Shown here: piece by piece, positions 10,667 to 20,661 of the stretch
How positions within the stretch are numbered: position 1 is the first letter of the stretch
Layout of the letters: every line of letters begins with the position of its first letter
From: Trueperaceae bacterium
GTDB taxonomy: Bacteria > Deinococcota > Deinococci > Deinococcales > Trueperaceae
Length of the DNA stretch: 64,000 nt
Assembly: GCA_034521815.1 (NCBI GenBank)
Contig: JAXHLW010000012.1
Location: 96,001 to 160,000, forward strand
Reading direction: 5' to 3'
Position numbers and translations under genes: made by a program
The notes under the pieces: model-generated
The model's input: the letters and a program-made list of their open reading frames with translations, nothing else
Told to the model about the DNA's origin: nothing
The model's database searches: none

Positions 10667-11412
10667 CAGCCGCCGATCAGCACCTGGAACGCCACCATCG
10701 CGATGCCTGCCAGGGTGAGCGCCGTCGCGACCTGCTCCTTCGGCGCCATCTTGATCGCGTCGGGCACCAGCTCGGACTGCGCCATCCAGATCATCGCGCC
10801 CGCGGCGAGCCCCAGCCCGACGGGCAGGATCGGCTCGAACACCTGCACGAACAGGAACGCGGGCACCGCCATGAGCGGCTGGGGCAGGCTGGAGAACACG
10901 CTCCACCACGCCGCTCGCCAGACCGGCACCCCGCGGGGGACCATCGACAGGCTGATGGCCAGGCCTTCCGGGACGTTGTGAACGGCGATCGCGAGGCTGA
11001 TGAACACGCCGAACGTCATGGTGCTTCCGAACGACACGCCGACGCCGATCCCTTCGGCGAACGAGTGGGCGGTCATCACGCCCAGGATCAGCAGCGCCTT
11101 GCGGGCCGAGGCCCCATCGAGCTCGGCGACGGAGATCTCGTTGTCGCGTGACAGCAGCTTCTGGCTCGCGACGATCGCGGCCAGGCCGATCAGCATCCCG
11201 ATCACGGTGCGCGGCATCGAGATGTTCAGCCCCTCGCGGACCAGCTGGAAGCTGGCGGCCAGCATCAGCCCGGCGGCGGCGCCGTTGGCGAGCCCCATCC
11301 ACTTGTCGGGCACACGGCCGAACGCCAGCAGCGGCAAGGCCCCCAGGCCGGTCGCCAGGGCGGTGAGCAAGGCGTAGAGGAACACGATGACGACGGGGGG
11401 CAGGTCGGCCAT
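10666..11412 (-). CDS. ZIP family divalent metal transporter
   Basis: HSFAEGIGVG and IAVHNVPEG; TAGCCT 6 nt before the ATG. Confidence 0.9.
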   Translation of the reverse strand: MADLPPVVIVFLYALLTALATGLGALPLLAFGRVPDKWMGLANGAAAGLMLAASFQLVREGLNISMPRTVIGMLIGLAAIVASQKLLSRDNEISVAELDGASARKALLILGVMTAHSFAEGIGVGVSFGSTMTFGVFISLAIAVHNVPEGLAISLSMVPRGVPVWRAAWWSVFSSLPQPLMAVPAFLFVQVFEPILPVGLGLAAGAMIWMAQSELVPDAIKMAPKEQVATALTLAGIAMVAFQVLIGG

Positions 11413-11462
11413 GGACGAAGGCTAGCCCAACGGCGCGAGACGCGCCAGGGCCACGCGACAAG

Positions 11463-12296
11463 CTAGATCGCGTGCTTCGCGATGAACTCGTACAGCGGCA
11501 GGCTCGCTTCCAGCAGCGGCTTCAGCCGCTCGGGGAACGGCTCGTCGCTGGGGCGGTACGGCTCGAACCCGGTCGAGCGGTGCACGTTCGCGTACCAGTG
11601 CCGCGCCCACACGCCGTCCTCGGGCTTCGGGCCGGCGGGCCACGACAGCATCGCCGGCTCCCAGGCGATCCCCCACGCTTCGCACGCGCGCTTCAGCACG
11701 CCCTCCGGATCGCGGAGCAGTCGGGTGGCGTCCAGCACGACCGGCGTGCGGCCCTCGGAGAGCTCGCGCGAGAGCAGCGCCGCCTGCTCGCCGAGCCCGG
11801 TGTCGGCCAGCGTCGGCTCGGGCATCTTCTTCGCCAGCGAGGGCAGCATCTCGTGCGGATCGCGCGTGAGCAGGGCGTGCTCCAGGTGGCGCAGGAAGCC
11901 CGGGCTCAGCACCCGCATGTGGTGCGCCATGTTCTTGTACACCCGCAGCGTCGTGCCGGGCGGGATCTCTCCCGGCCGGCCACGCTGGGCGTAGCCGGTC
12001 GTGCCCGGTCCCGCGGGCGGCGCGTCGCCCAGCAGGGTCCGCTCGACCACCCGCTGGCCGACGGTGTCCATCGCGTCCAGGACCTCGTCTCGGCCGGGGT
12101 GATCGACCGCGGCGTGGGTCGCGAGGTAGTGGCCGTAGAGCGGCTCGTCGAAGACGACGGCGTCGCTGCGTTGCCGGAACGCGTACATCAGCGCCGTCGA
12201 GACGTTGCGCGGTCCCGACCAGATCGACAGGCGCCGGACGGCTGGGTCGGGGGGCCGCTGCGCGTCGAGGCGAAGGTCGATCGGCTCGGCGCTCAC
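11463..12296 (-). CDS. Sulfotransferase-like P-loop protein
   Basis: WSGPRNVSTALMYAFRQR, DEPLY, KNMAHH, DGVWARHWY, STGF. Confidence 0.8.
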   Translation of the reverse strand: MSAEPIDLRLDAQRPPDPAVRRLSIWSGPRNVSTALMYAFRQRSDAVVFDEPLYGHYLATHAAVDHPGRDEVLDAMDTVGQRVVERTLLGDAPPAGPGTTGYAQRGRPGEIPPGTTLRVYKNMAHHMRVLSPGFLRHLEHALLTRDPHEMLPSLAKKMPEPTLADTGLGEQAALLSRELSEGRTPVVLDATRLLRDPEGVLKRACEAWGIAWEPAMLSWPAGPKPEDGVWARHWYANVHRSTGFEPYRPSDEPFPERLKPLLEASLPLYEFIAKHAI

Positions 12297-13228
12297 GCGG
12301 CGCCCTCGGCGGCCATCAGCTCGCGGTAGCGGGCGCTCAGCCGCGCCGTGACGGGTCCGGGCACGGGCCCGCCGCCGATGACGCGTCCGTCCACCTCCGT
12401 CACCGGCGTCAGCCCGCCGAACGTGCCGGTCACGAACGCCTCGTCCGCGTCGTACACCTCGGTGAGCGAGAAGTCGCGCTCCCGGGCGGGCACGCCCAGG
12501 TCCCGCGCGATCTCGAGAACCAGGGCGCGGGTGATGCCGTTCATGCAGTACTGGCCGGTCGAGGTCCACACCTCGCCGCGCCGGACGACGAAGAAGTTCG
12601 TCGCGTTGCAGGTCGCGACGAAGCCGCGCGGATCCAGCATCAGCGCCTCGTCCGCGCCGGCGTGGATCGCTTGGACCAGGGCCACGACCTCGTGCAGCTT
12701 GCTGTGACAGTTCAGCTTCGGGTCCAGCGTGTCGGGCGGTGGGCGGCGCGTCGCGGAGGTGGCCAGCCGGACGCCGGCGTTCGTGACGTCGGGATCGGCC
12801 TGCTTGTGCTCGGCGATGATCACGATCGTCGGGCCAGAGGTCACCAGTCGCGGATCCTGCGACGGCGTCTTCTTCACGCCGCGACTGACCATCAGCCGCA
12901 GGTGGCAGCCGTCCGTCATGCCGTTCGCGTCGACCGTCTCGCGCAGCGCGGCGTGCAGCTCGTCACGGCTCTTGCCGATGGTCAGACCGATCGCGGCGGC
13001 GCCCTGGAACAGCCGGTCCAGGTGACGGTCCAGGTGCGCGAGGCGACCGTTCACCAGGCGCAGCCCTTCCCAGACGCCGTCGCCGACCAGGAACGCCGAG
13101 TCGAACACGGACACCTTCGCCTGGTCGCGGGGCAGCAGCTCGCCGTCGATCCAGACGAGCACGTTCTCGTTGCGGGGGTCGGGCAGCGCCTGGTGCGTGC
13201 CGCGAGAGGAGGATGGTGTCGTGGACAT
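12293..13228 (-). CDS. Class IV PLP aminotransferase (IlvE/D-amino-acid aminotransferase-like)
   Basis: VSVFDSAFLVGDGVWEGLR, HLDRL, EALMLD, GITR, DEAFVTGT. Confidence 0.9.
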   Translation of the reverse strand: MSTTPSSSRGTHQALPDPRNENVLVWIDGELLPRDQAKVSVFDSAFLVGDGVWEGLRLVNGRLAHLDRHLDRLFQGAAAIGLTIGKSRDELHAALRETVDANGMTDGCHLRLMVSRGVKKTPSQDPRLVTSGPTIVIIAEHKQADPDVTNAGVRLATSATRRPPPDTLDPKLNCHSKLHEVVALVQAIHAGADEALMLDPRGFVATCNATNFFVVRRGEVWTSTGQYCMNGITRALVLEIARDLGVPARERDFSLTEVYDADEAFVTGTFGGLTPVTEVDGRVIGGGPVPGPVTARLSARYRELMAAEGAA

Positions 13229-13286
13229 GCGGGCAGCATGGCACGCCCTTCTGTCCCGCAGCGCCGCTCGCGCGGTCATCGGCCGC

Positions 13287-14096
13287 TCAGCGATCCGCGC
13301 GGAGCCGCGCATCGGCGTCGGCCACGTTCAGCACCAGCCGCTCGACGCGGAAGTCCGCCCAGGGACGGGCCTCGTCCATCCACTGCACCAGCGCCACGGT
13401 CGCCGTCGGCTGGTCGTCCACCTCGCCCCACGATCCGGCCCGGCTCAGCCACAGCGTCTTGTCCGTCGCGTCCGCTCCCTTGTAGCGCATCGCTTCGAGC
13501 AGCACCAGCTGTCCGCTGGCGGGGTCGAACCGGGCGACGAACGTCTCGGTGACGGCGCCGTACGGAACCCGGAGCAGCGCCGTGGCGTCGTTCACCGGCT
13601 CCCACCTGGCGCGAGGGTCGGTGAGCAGCGCGGCGGGGAACCACATCGCCTCGGCCCACAGCGCCAGGTTCGCCCCCTGGTTCACCGTCGGCCCCTCCTC
13701 GACGCCGAACGGCAGCTCCAGCCGTCCGACCCCGTCGATGTAGCGCTCGTCGACGCGGAGGAGCGGCAGACCGAACCAGCTGGTGACGATCTCGTGGCGG
13801 TACGCGTTCCCCACGTCGTGCACGAAGCGCCAGCGCGCCGGCAGCGTCACGCCCGCCACGCGCAGGGTGGCGCGGCCGGACAGCAGGACGGTCTCGATGA
13901 CGGGGACGCGGTCGCCGTACAGGCCGCGGTAGAAGCGCTCGACCGGTACCGGAAGGTTCTTCGGGAGCGGCACGTAGCTCGTCTCCGTCGTCGGCGTGCG
14001 CTCGCGCGGGAACGGGGCCGGACGGACCTGAAGCCCGCCCCAGCCCGCCAGCAGCAGCAGGCCCAGCGCGACCGTCAAGCCGAGGATCCAGTTCAC
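13287..14096 (-). CDS. Membrane-anchored conserved protein (DUF6544-like)
   Basis: N-terminal TM; LPVPVERF, NLALWAEAMWFP, RWEPV; AAGGGAG RBS. Confidence 0.6.
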   Translation of the reverse strand: MNWILGLTVALGLLLLAGWGGLQVRPAPFPRERTPTTETSYVPLPKNLPVPVERFYRGLYGDRVPVIETVLLSGRATLRVAGVTLPARWRFVHDVGNAYRHEIVTSWFGLPLLRVDERYIDGVGRLELPFGVEEGPTVNQGANLALWAEAMWFPAALLTDPRARWEPVNDATALLRVPYGAVTETFVARFDPASGQLVLLEAMRYKGADATDKTLWLSRAGSWGEVDDQPTATVALVQWMDEARPWADFRVERLVLNVADADARLRADR

Positions 14097-14285
14097 CGTG
14101 ACTCCCTTCGCGGCACGCACCGGCCGAGCCAACACGCTCATCGTGGCGGCGATCCCCGCTGCGTTCAAGGGTCGGATGCCCTTGCTCGCACCGGGCCAGC
14201 GGCTGCGCGAACGCTACAGGCTCCAGCGAGGGCGTGCCAGCGCGAATCACGGCCAGCGGCAGGCGGTGCGCCGCCTGCGACCATG

Positions 14286-15362
14286 TCAGGGAAGCTCCTC
14301 GAACGGCACCTCGACCGAAAACGGCCCCGACGCGTAGGGCCCCACCTCGTAGGGAGCGTAGTCGAACCGCAGGCCGGTCGGACCGACCGTGAACGGCTCC
14401 AGCAGCCAGGGAGTGGCCCCGTCCACCTCGCCGTCCAGCGTCCAGGCGGCCTGGCGCGCGCGCAGCTCGGCGATGACGCGGGCTCGCAGGGCCGCCTCGT
14501 CGCACGGTCGGTCCAGCACCTCGAGCGCGCCGCATACGTCGACCCGGGTCCAGACCGAACCGTCCCACGCCACGTTCAAGGACGCGTACCGAAGGTTCGG
14601 ATGCGCCCCGCCGGCATAGGCGTGGACGTCGGTCCGAGCGCTGACCAGCTCGGGCGACAGGCTGACGATCTCGGTGCGGCGCACCTCCCACCACTGCCCG
14701 CTCACCGACCGGGGCCGCTCGGCGCGCGCCGTCAGGCCGGCGACGACCGACTCGGCCGTGACCGCCGGATCGTCGTGCAGCGGCAACGTCCGCCACGGAT
14801 CGGCGTAGAAGAACGGTGCGGACGCGCTCACCTCGAACGAGCCGTCGTCCAGCTCGGCTCGCAGCGCATAACGCGTGCCGATCGCGGAGAGGGTCGTCTC
14901 CCAGCGGGCCGCGCCCCGCAGCGGTCCGACCTCGATGCGCGCCTCGCCGAACGGGTCGGGCGGGCCCGCGGCGCTCGGCGCGCCGTCCTGGGCGCTGCGC
15001 GCGGCGTCCGCCGCGATCGCCAGCGTCACGGTGGCACCGTCGGCGTCGGTGGCGACGGCCTCCAGGCGCAGGCGGTCGGCCGTCTCGGCGTGCCTGTCGT
15101 CCGGCCTCTCGGCGCGCGCGTCGTTCGCGGCATCGATCTCCGCCTCGAACGCGAGCTCGAGCCCGCCCAGCTGGCCCGGCCGAGCGGGACCGTGCAGCAG
15201 CCGACCGCGAGCGAGGGCGGCCTCCGGCGTCCAATCGAGCTCGAGGACGACGGTCCGGCCGTCCGGATCCTGGCCGACGTACCAGACCGTTTCGGCGTGG
15301 GCCGCGCCCAGCCAAGCCAGCGCGACGAGGACGAGCGGGAAAAGGCTGCGGGTGCGGAGCAT
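14286..15362 (-). CDS. Secreted protein with C-terminal RsiV/DUF3298-like domain
   Basis: Signal peptide ending AHA; YAGGAHPN and FDYAPYEVGPYASG...VPFEEL. Confidence 0.65.
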   Translation of the reverse strand: MLRTRSLFPLVLVALAWLGAAHAETVWYVGQDPDGRTVVLELDWTPEAALARGRLLHGPARPGQLGGLELAFEAEIDAANDARAERPDDRHAETADRLRLEAVATDADGATVTLAIAADAARSAQDGAPSAAGPPDPFGEARIEVGPLRGAARWETTLSAIGTRYALRAELDDGSFEVSASAPFFYADPWRTLPLHDDPAVTAESVVAGLTARAERPRSVSGQWWEVRRTEIVSLSPELVSARTDVHAYAGGAHPNLRYASLNVAWDGSVWTRVDVCGALEVLDRPCDEAALRARVIAELRARQAAWTLDGEVDGATPWLLEPFTVGPTGLRFDYAPYEVGPYASGPFSVEVPFEELP

Positions 15363-15437
15363 GCCCCGTGCTACCACGGCGTGCTCCCGCTCACGACGGG
15401 CGGCTGCCAGCGTCCGTGCGTGGCGGTCGCCCGTTCC

Positions 15438-16607
15438 TCAGCCGTCGCTGCGGCCGTAGCGACGCAGCACCTCGACCAGACGGTCGTGCGGCAGCGCCGG
15501 GAACGTCGCCCCGCCGACGCCGGTCATCGGCCGGGCCGCGACCAGCGCGTTCACGATCGCCTCCTCGGTCGCCTCGACCGCCGCCTGGTACGCCGGGTCC
15601 AGCGTCTCCGTCGGGAGCGACTCGAAGCGACGCAGCGCCGGATCGCCGTAGCGCGCGCGGTTCGCGGTCGAGAACGCCAGGAACAGGTCGCCCGAGCTGG
15701 GAGCGGCGATGCTGCCGACGCGGCCCAGCCCCAAGGAGGCGCGCTTGGCCAGCGACGTCGCCTGCGAGGGGAGCAGCGGCGCGTCGGTCGCGAGGATCAC
15801 CACGATCGAGCCGTCGCCGTTCGGGTCGGCCTGGGCGGCGCCCGGCGCGGTCTCCGTCGCTCCTGGCGTCGCCTCCGCCGCCTGCGGATCGAACGGGACC
15901 GGCTCGCGCAGCTCGCGGCCCACCGGCGCGCCGGCGATCCGCAGCTGGCGGCGCGTGCCGAAGTTGGCCTGCACCAACGCGCCCAGCACGAAGCGGCCCG
16001 AGCGGTGGACGACGCGGCGCGACGCGGTGCCGATCCCCGCCTTGAACCCGAACGAGGTCGAGCCCGTCCCGCCGCCCACGTTTCCTTCCGTGACCGGCCC
16101 GGAGCCGGCGTCGTCCAAGGCGCGCCAGGCGTCCTGGGCGGTGACGTGCTGGCCGTAGACGTCGCTGAGCCGCCCGTCCCAGGTCTCGCTCACGACCGGC
16201 TTGGTGCGGCCACGCACCACCATCGCGTCGCGGCAGCGCTGGCGAGACCAGGCGATCAGGGCGTCGCGAACCACGCCGACCGACAGGGTGTTGGTGATCG
16301 CCATCGGCCCGTACAGCACGCCGTACTCGTCCAGGAAAGCGCTGCCCGTCATCTCGCCCATGCCGTTCAGGACGAAGCGGCCGGCGGTCACGCCCTCCTC
16401 GGCGTCGCGGCCCGCAGGGTGGATCGCCGTCACGCCGGTCCGGAGCACCGGGCCGCCGGACGGGTCGTCGTGTCGCCCGGCGATCAGGGTGCGGTGGCCG
16501 ACCTCGACGCCCGGTACGTCGGTGATCGCGTTCCAGCGCCCCGGCGTGCCGTCGAACGGGACGCCCAGGTCGCGGGCACGCGGGCGCCGCGTAGGCGCGT
16601 CCGTCAC
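15438..16607 (-). CDS. dmpA: DmpA / peptidase S58 (P1) aminopeptidase
   Basis: NAITDVPGVEVGH, EGNVGGGTG, VQANFG, DGSIVVILATDAP, SGD. Confidence 0.9.
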   Translation of the reverse strand: MTDAPTRRPRARDLGVPFDGTPGRWNAITDVPGVEVGHRTLIAGRHDDPSGGPVLRTGVTAIHPAGRDAEEGVTAGRFVLNGMGEMTGSAFLDEYGVLYGPMAITNTLSVGVVRDALIAWSRQRCRDAMVVRGRTKPVVSETWDGRLSDVYGQHVTAQDAWRALDDAGSGPVTEGNVGGGTGSTSFGFKAGIGTASRRVVHRSGRFVLGALVQANFGTRRQLRIAGAPVGRELREPVPFDPQAAEATPGATETAPGAAQADPNGDGSIVVILATDAPLLPSQATSLAKRASLGLGRVGSIAAPSSGDLFLAFSTANRARYGDPALRRFESLPTETLDPAYQAAVEATEEAIVNALVAARPMTGVGGATFPALPHDRLVEVLRRYGRSDG

Positions 16608-18415
16608 GCCTTCTCGTCCAGCAGCGCCTCGAACCGGTCCACATGCGCGTCCAGGACGCGGAACGCGTCGGCGACCGGCTCGGGCGAGGCGAGGTCCACG
16701 CCGGCGCGTCGCATGGCGTCCAGCGGCGGGGTGCGACCGCCCTCCCGCAGGAACGCCAGGTAGGCGTCCGCCGCGCCGTCCGTCCCCTCCTGGATCCGGC
16801 GGGCGAAGGCGTGCGCGCCCGCGATTCCGGTGGCGTACATGAACACGTAGAAGCGCGAGTACAGGTGGGTGTGGAACTGCGCCCAGGTGATGCCGACCCG
16901 CTCGTCGTCCATCTCCATCGCCGGGCCGTACGCCTCGGCGAACAGCTCGGCCAGCAGCGCGTTCAGCGCGTCGGCCGAGAGGCCCTCGCCGCTGTCGGCG
17001 CGACGGTGCAGCTCGAGCTCGAAGCGCATCAGCGTCGGCATGATCAGGAAGTAGCGCCCGAAGTTGGACATCGTCTCGTCGATCAGCGCCAGCTCGAAGT
17101 CACGGTCCCCGGACCGCTGCCGGAACAGGTGGTCGCGCATCATCGCCTGGTTGAAGTTGCTGGCGACCTCGGCGGCGAACAGCGTGTAGCGCGCGTACGG
17201 GTACGGCTGAGCGCTCCAGGAGAGGTACGAGTGCATCGAGTGCCCCAGCTCGTGCACCAGCGTGCTGGCCGAGTCCAGATCGTCCGTCCAGCTCATCATG
17301 ATGTACGGCTTGGTCCCGCCCCACGAGGTGCTGAACGCGCCCATCCGCTTGCCGGCGTTGGGGGCGCTGTCCACCCAGCGCTCCTCGAGCGCGCCGCGCC
17401 GCATCGCCTGGACGTAGTCGTCGCCCAGCGGCGCCAAGGCGTCCGAGAGCCAGTCGACCGACTCGCCGAACGTCACGTGCGGCGGCTGCGGGCACACCGG
17501 CGCGTCGACGTCCCAGGGACGGAGGCGCTCCAGGCCGAGGTGGCGACGCTTGAGCTCGAACCAGCGGTGCCACACGCCCAGGTTGGCCTGGTACGCCTCC
17601 ATGAGCGCGTCGACGACGCCCCTGGGCACCTCGAGCGGGGTCAGCGTCATCGCCAGCGCGTCGTCGTAGCCACGGGCGCGCGCCAGCAGGTTCGTCTGGC
17701 GTGCGCCCGTGGTGAGCAGGTTCGCCATCGTGCGCTTCCGCGCCAGGTGGGCGTCGGCGTAGCTCGTCCAGGCGTTCTCGCGCAGCGTCCGGTCGGGGCT
17801 GCCCTTGAGGGCCGAGACGACCGCCTGCGTCACGGCGTGCTCCACGCCGTTGGCGTCGCGCGCCGGGGGGACGTCCAGCTCGGCGTTCGCGAGCAGGCCG
17901 TGGGTCGTCGCGGCCCCGGCGAACGGCGTGCGGAGCGCGCCCAGGAGCGCTTCGACCTCGGCGCTACGGACGTGCGGGGCGTCGCGCTCCAGCCGCTGCA
18001 GCCAGCGCTCCCGATCGTGCAGGGCCGGAGCGCGGATCCACCTCTGGAGCGTCTCCGTACCGATCGCGACCAGCTCGGGCGTGGCGAACGCCGCCGCCTC
18101 GGCCACGTGGGCGCCCAGCGCCGTCAGGCGGTCGGCCCGCTCGCGGGCCGGCTCGTCGTTCGTGTCGACGCTGGACGCCATCGACGCCCAGACGCGGAGG
18201 CGGCCCAGGTCGCGCTCGACCCCCTCGATCGTGTCCAGCCATTCCGCGAGACGCTCCGGGCCGCGGTCCAGCGTGCCCGCGAAGGCGCGGATCTCGTCCA
18301 AGCGGGCGGCGACGTCGTCGGCCGCGGCGTCGAACGCGTCAAGGTCCTCGAACAGGGCGGCGCGGTCCCAGCGCTGGTCGGCGGGCACCTCGGAGCGGGG
18401 CAGAGCGTCGGGCAT
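16604..18415 (-). CDS. pepF: Oligoendopeptidase F (M3B)
   Basis: HELGHSMHS zinc motif, AEVAS, GKRMGAFS, HLYSRFYVFMYATG. Confidence 0.92.
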   Translation of the reverse strand: MPDALPRSEVPADQRWDRAALFEDLDAFDAAADDVAARLDEIRAFAGTLDRGPERLAEWLDTIEGVERDLGRLRVWASMASSVDTNDEPARERADRLTALGAHVAEAAAFATPELVAIGTETLQRWIRAPALHDRERWLQRLERDAPHVRSAEVEALLGALRTPFAGAATTHGLLANAELDVPPARDANGVEHAVTQAVVSALKGSPDRTLRENAWTSYADAHLARKRTMANLLTTGARQTNLLARARGYDDALAMTLTPLEVPRGVVDALMEAYQANLGVWHRWFELKRRHLGLERLRPWDVDAPVCPQPPHVTFGESVDWLSDALAPLGDDYVQAMRRGALEERWVDSAPNAGKRMGAFSTSWGGTKPYIMMSWTDDLDSASTLVHELGHSMHSYLSWSAQPYPYARYTLFAAEVASNFNQAMMRDHLFRQRSGDRDFELALIDETMSNFGRYFLIMPTLMRFELELHRRADSGEGLSADALNALLAELFAEAYGPAMEMDDERVGITWAQFHTHLYSRFYVFMYATGIAGAHAFARRIQEGTDGAADAYLAFLREGGRTPPLDAMRRAGVDLASPEPVADAFRVLDAHVDRFEALLDEKA

Positions 18416-18693
18416 GAAGATCCTTTCCGGGGCGCGGCGCGCGCCCGTGCAGGGCATGGTACGCGCAGACGCGCAGGCGGTGCCACGGTGTCCCGGGTCG
18501 GGCGGGACGGCGTCGGCCGGGGTGGTCGCGGCCGGGGTGGTCGCGGCCGGGGTCCCACGTCCCATGACAGATCGGTGCTCGATGTCGTATGGTCCAGACG
18601 TTCCGAAGATGGGTTCGGAACGGCGCCGGGCCACCGCCCGGACGACGATGGATGTCGCGCCGGGTAGGTGCGGCAGGTAGGGAACAGGTAGAT

Positions 18694-18915
18694 ATGGCGA
18701 CAGGCAAGGTCAAGTGGTTCAGTCCCGAAAAAGGTTTCGGCTTCATCGAACAGGGCGACGGCTCCGCCGACGTTTTCGTTCACTTCTCGTCCATCCAAGG
18801 TGACGGCTACCGGAACCTGTACGAAGGCGACGAGGTCGAGTTCGACGTCGAGCAGGGCCAGAAGGGCCTCCAGGCCTCGAACGTGACGGTCACCCGCCAG
18901 GCCCCCGGAAACTAG
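18694..18915 (+). CDS. cspA: Cold-shock protein
   Basis: [22 protein letters not shown]. Confidence 0.97.
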   Translation: MATGKVKWFSPEKGFGFIEQGDGSADVFVHFSSIQGDGYRNLYEGDEVEFDVEQGQKGLQASNVTVTRQAPGN

Positions 18916-18951
18916 GCCCCGGCGACCGACCGAGACATTTCTCGGCCCATT

Positions 18952-18984
18952 CGGGCGCCCGGCTTCGGCCGGGCGCCCGTTCTC
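18952..18984 (+). terminator. Hairpin terminator after csp, possibly bidirectional
   Basis: 12-bp stem CGGGCGCCCGGC-TTCG-GCCGGGCGCCCG with a UUCG tetraloop; weak U tract. Confidence 0.7.
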
Positions 18985-19058
18985 GTGATGCCCGTTCGCA
19001 GGACGCCCGTTCACGTGCCGGTCGGTTCATCGGACGCCGCCGGCGCGGGCGGCGTCGG

Positions 19059-20597
19059 TCAGTCGTCGCCGCCCCGGCCGAACCAGTCGGCGGCGGACGG
19101 CTCCAAGTTCCAGTAGAGGTGCTTCGCCTCGCGATACTCGTCCAGCCCGGCGCGCCCCAGCTCGCGGCCGATGCCGCTCTGGCCGACGCCGCCCCACGGC
19201 GCCTCGGGGTAGTACGGGTGGAAGTCGTTGATCCAGACGGTTCCGAAGCGAAGCCTGCGCGCCAGACGCACCGCGCGCGCCGCATCGGCCGAGAACACGC
19301 CGGCCGCCAAGCCGGTTCCGGTCGACGACGCCAGCCGCCACGCCTCGTCGTCGTCGGCGAACGTCTCGACCGTCAGGACCGGCCCGAAGATCTCCTCCTG
19401 GGCGACGCGACCGTCGTGCGGCAGGCCGGTCAGCACGGTGGGCTCCAGGAACGCGCCGCCCACCAGCGTCGCTGCGGTGGGGCGGCCGCCCCCCGCCCGC
19501 AGCTCGGCGCCCTCCTCCTGAGCCAGCCGGACGTAGCCCTCGACCTTGTCGCGATGATCGCTGCTGATCAGCGGACCCATCTCGGTGGCGGGGTCCCACC
19601 CCAGCCCGACACGGATCCGCCGGACCCGGTCCAGGATGCGCGCGACCAGCTCGTCCTCGAGGCTCTCGTGGACCAGCAGGCGCGAGCCGGCCGAGCACAC
19701 CTGCCCTGCGTGATAGAACACCGCGTTCAGCGCATGGTCGGTCGCCAGCGCCACGTCGGCGTCCTGGAGCACGATGTTCGGGTTCTTGCCGCCCAGCTCG
19801 AACGCCACCCGGGTCACGTTCCGCGCGGCCGCCGCAGCGATCATTCGACCGGTGGCGATCCCGCCCGTGAACGAGATCAGGTCCACCCGCGGATCCTCGA
19901 CCAGCGCCGCCCCGGCGGTGGCGCCCGCGCCGGTCACGACGTTGGCCACGCCGGCGGGAAGGCCCGCCTCGCTCAGCATCTCTGCGACCCGCAAGGTGGT
20001 GAGGGGCGTCAGCTCGCTGGGCTTGATCACGAAGGTGCAGCCGGCGGCCAGCGCCGGCGCGATCTTCCACGACGCCTGCAGCAGCGGGTAGTTCCACGGC
20101 GTGATCATCGCCGCGACCCCGACCGGGTCGTGCAGCGTCAAGCTCAGCGCGCCGCCGGGGACGGGGTTCACGTCGCCCCGGTCGGTGCGGATCTCGGCCG
20201 CGTAGTAGCGGAAGACCTGGGCGATCTGGTCCATGTCCGCGCGACTCTCGATCAGGGTCTTGCCGGTGTCGAGGGTCTCGAGCCAGGCCAGCTCCTCGTT
20301 CTCGCTCTCGATCCGGTCCGCGACCCGCTCCAGCAGGCGAGCCCGCTCCTGGACGGAGGTTCGCGGCCAGGGGCCGTCGTCGAACGCCTGCCGGGCGGCG
20401 GCGATCGCGTCCGCGACGTCGGTCGCGCCGGCTTCGGGGACGTCGGTCAACGTGCGGCCGGTGGCCGGATCGACCACGGCGCGCGTCTCGCCGCTGTGGG
20501 CGGGACGCTCGGCGTCGCCGATGCGCAGCACGGGACGGGGCAGGCGCGGAGCGTTCGGGGCGTCGCTCGTCGTTTCGGTGGGCGTGTCGCGGGTCAT
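19059..20597 (-). CDS. betB: Aldehyde dehydrogenase, betaine-aldehyde dehydrogenase-like
   Basis: ITPWNYP, IKPSE, FTGG, ELGGKNP, AGQVCSAG, EEIFGP; AGGAGG RBS. Confidence 0.8.
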   Translation of the reverse strand: MTRDTPTETTSDAPNAPRLPRPVLRIGDAERPAHSGETRAVVDPATGRTLTDVPEAGATDVADAIAAARQAFDDGPWPRTSVQERARLLERVADRIESENEELAWLETLDTGKTLIESRADMDQIAQVFRYYAAEIRTDRGDVNPVPGGALSLTLHDPVGVAAMITPWNYPLLQASWKIAPALAAGCTFVIKPSELTPLTTLRVAEMLSEAGLPAGVANVVTGAGATAGAALVEDPRVDLISFTGGIATGRMIAAAAARNVTRVAFELGGKNPNIVLQDADVALATDHALNAVFYHAGQVCSAGSRLLVHESLEDELVARILDRVRRIRVGLGWDPATEMGPLISSDHRDKVEGYVRLAQEEGAELRAGGGRPTAATLVGGAFLEPTVLTGLPHDGRVAQEEIFGPVLTVETFADDDEAWRLASSTGTGLAAGVFSADAARAVRLARRLRFGTVWINDFHPYYPEAPWGGVGQSGIGRELGRAGLDEYREAKHLYWNLEPSAADWFGRGGDD

Positions 20598-20661
20598 GGG
20601 TCCTCCTAGCAGGGCTCGGGGCAAGGCGGACGGCTCGCCGAGCGGCGGGAGCGCGCCCCGG

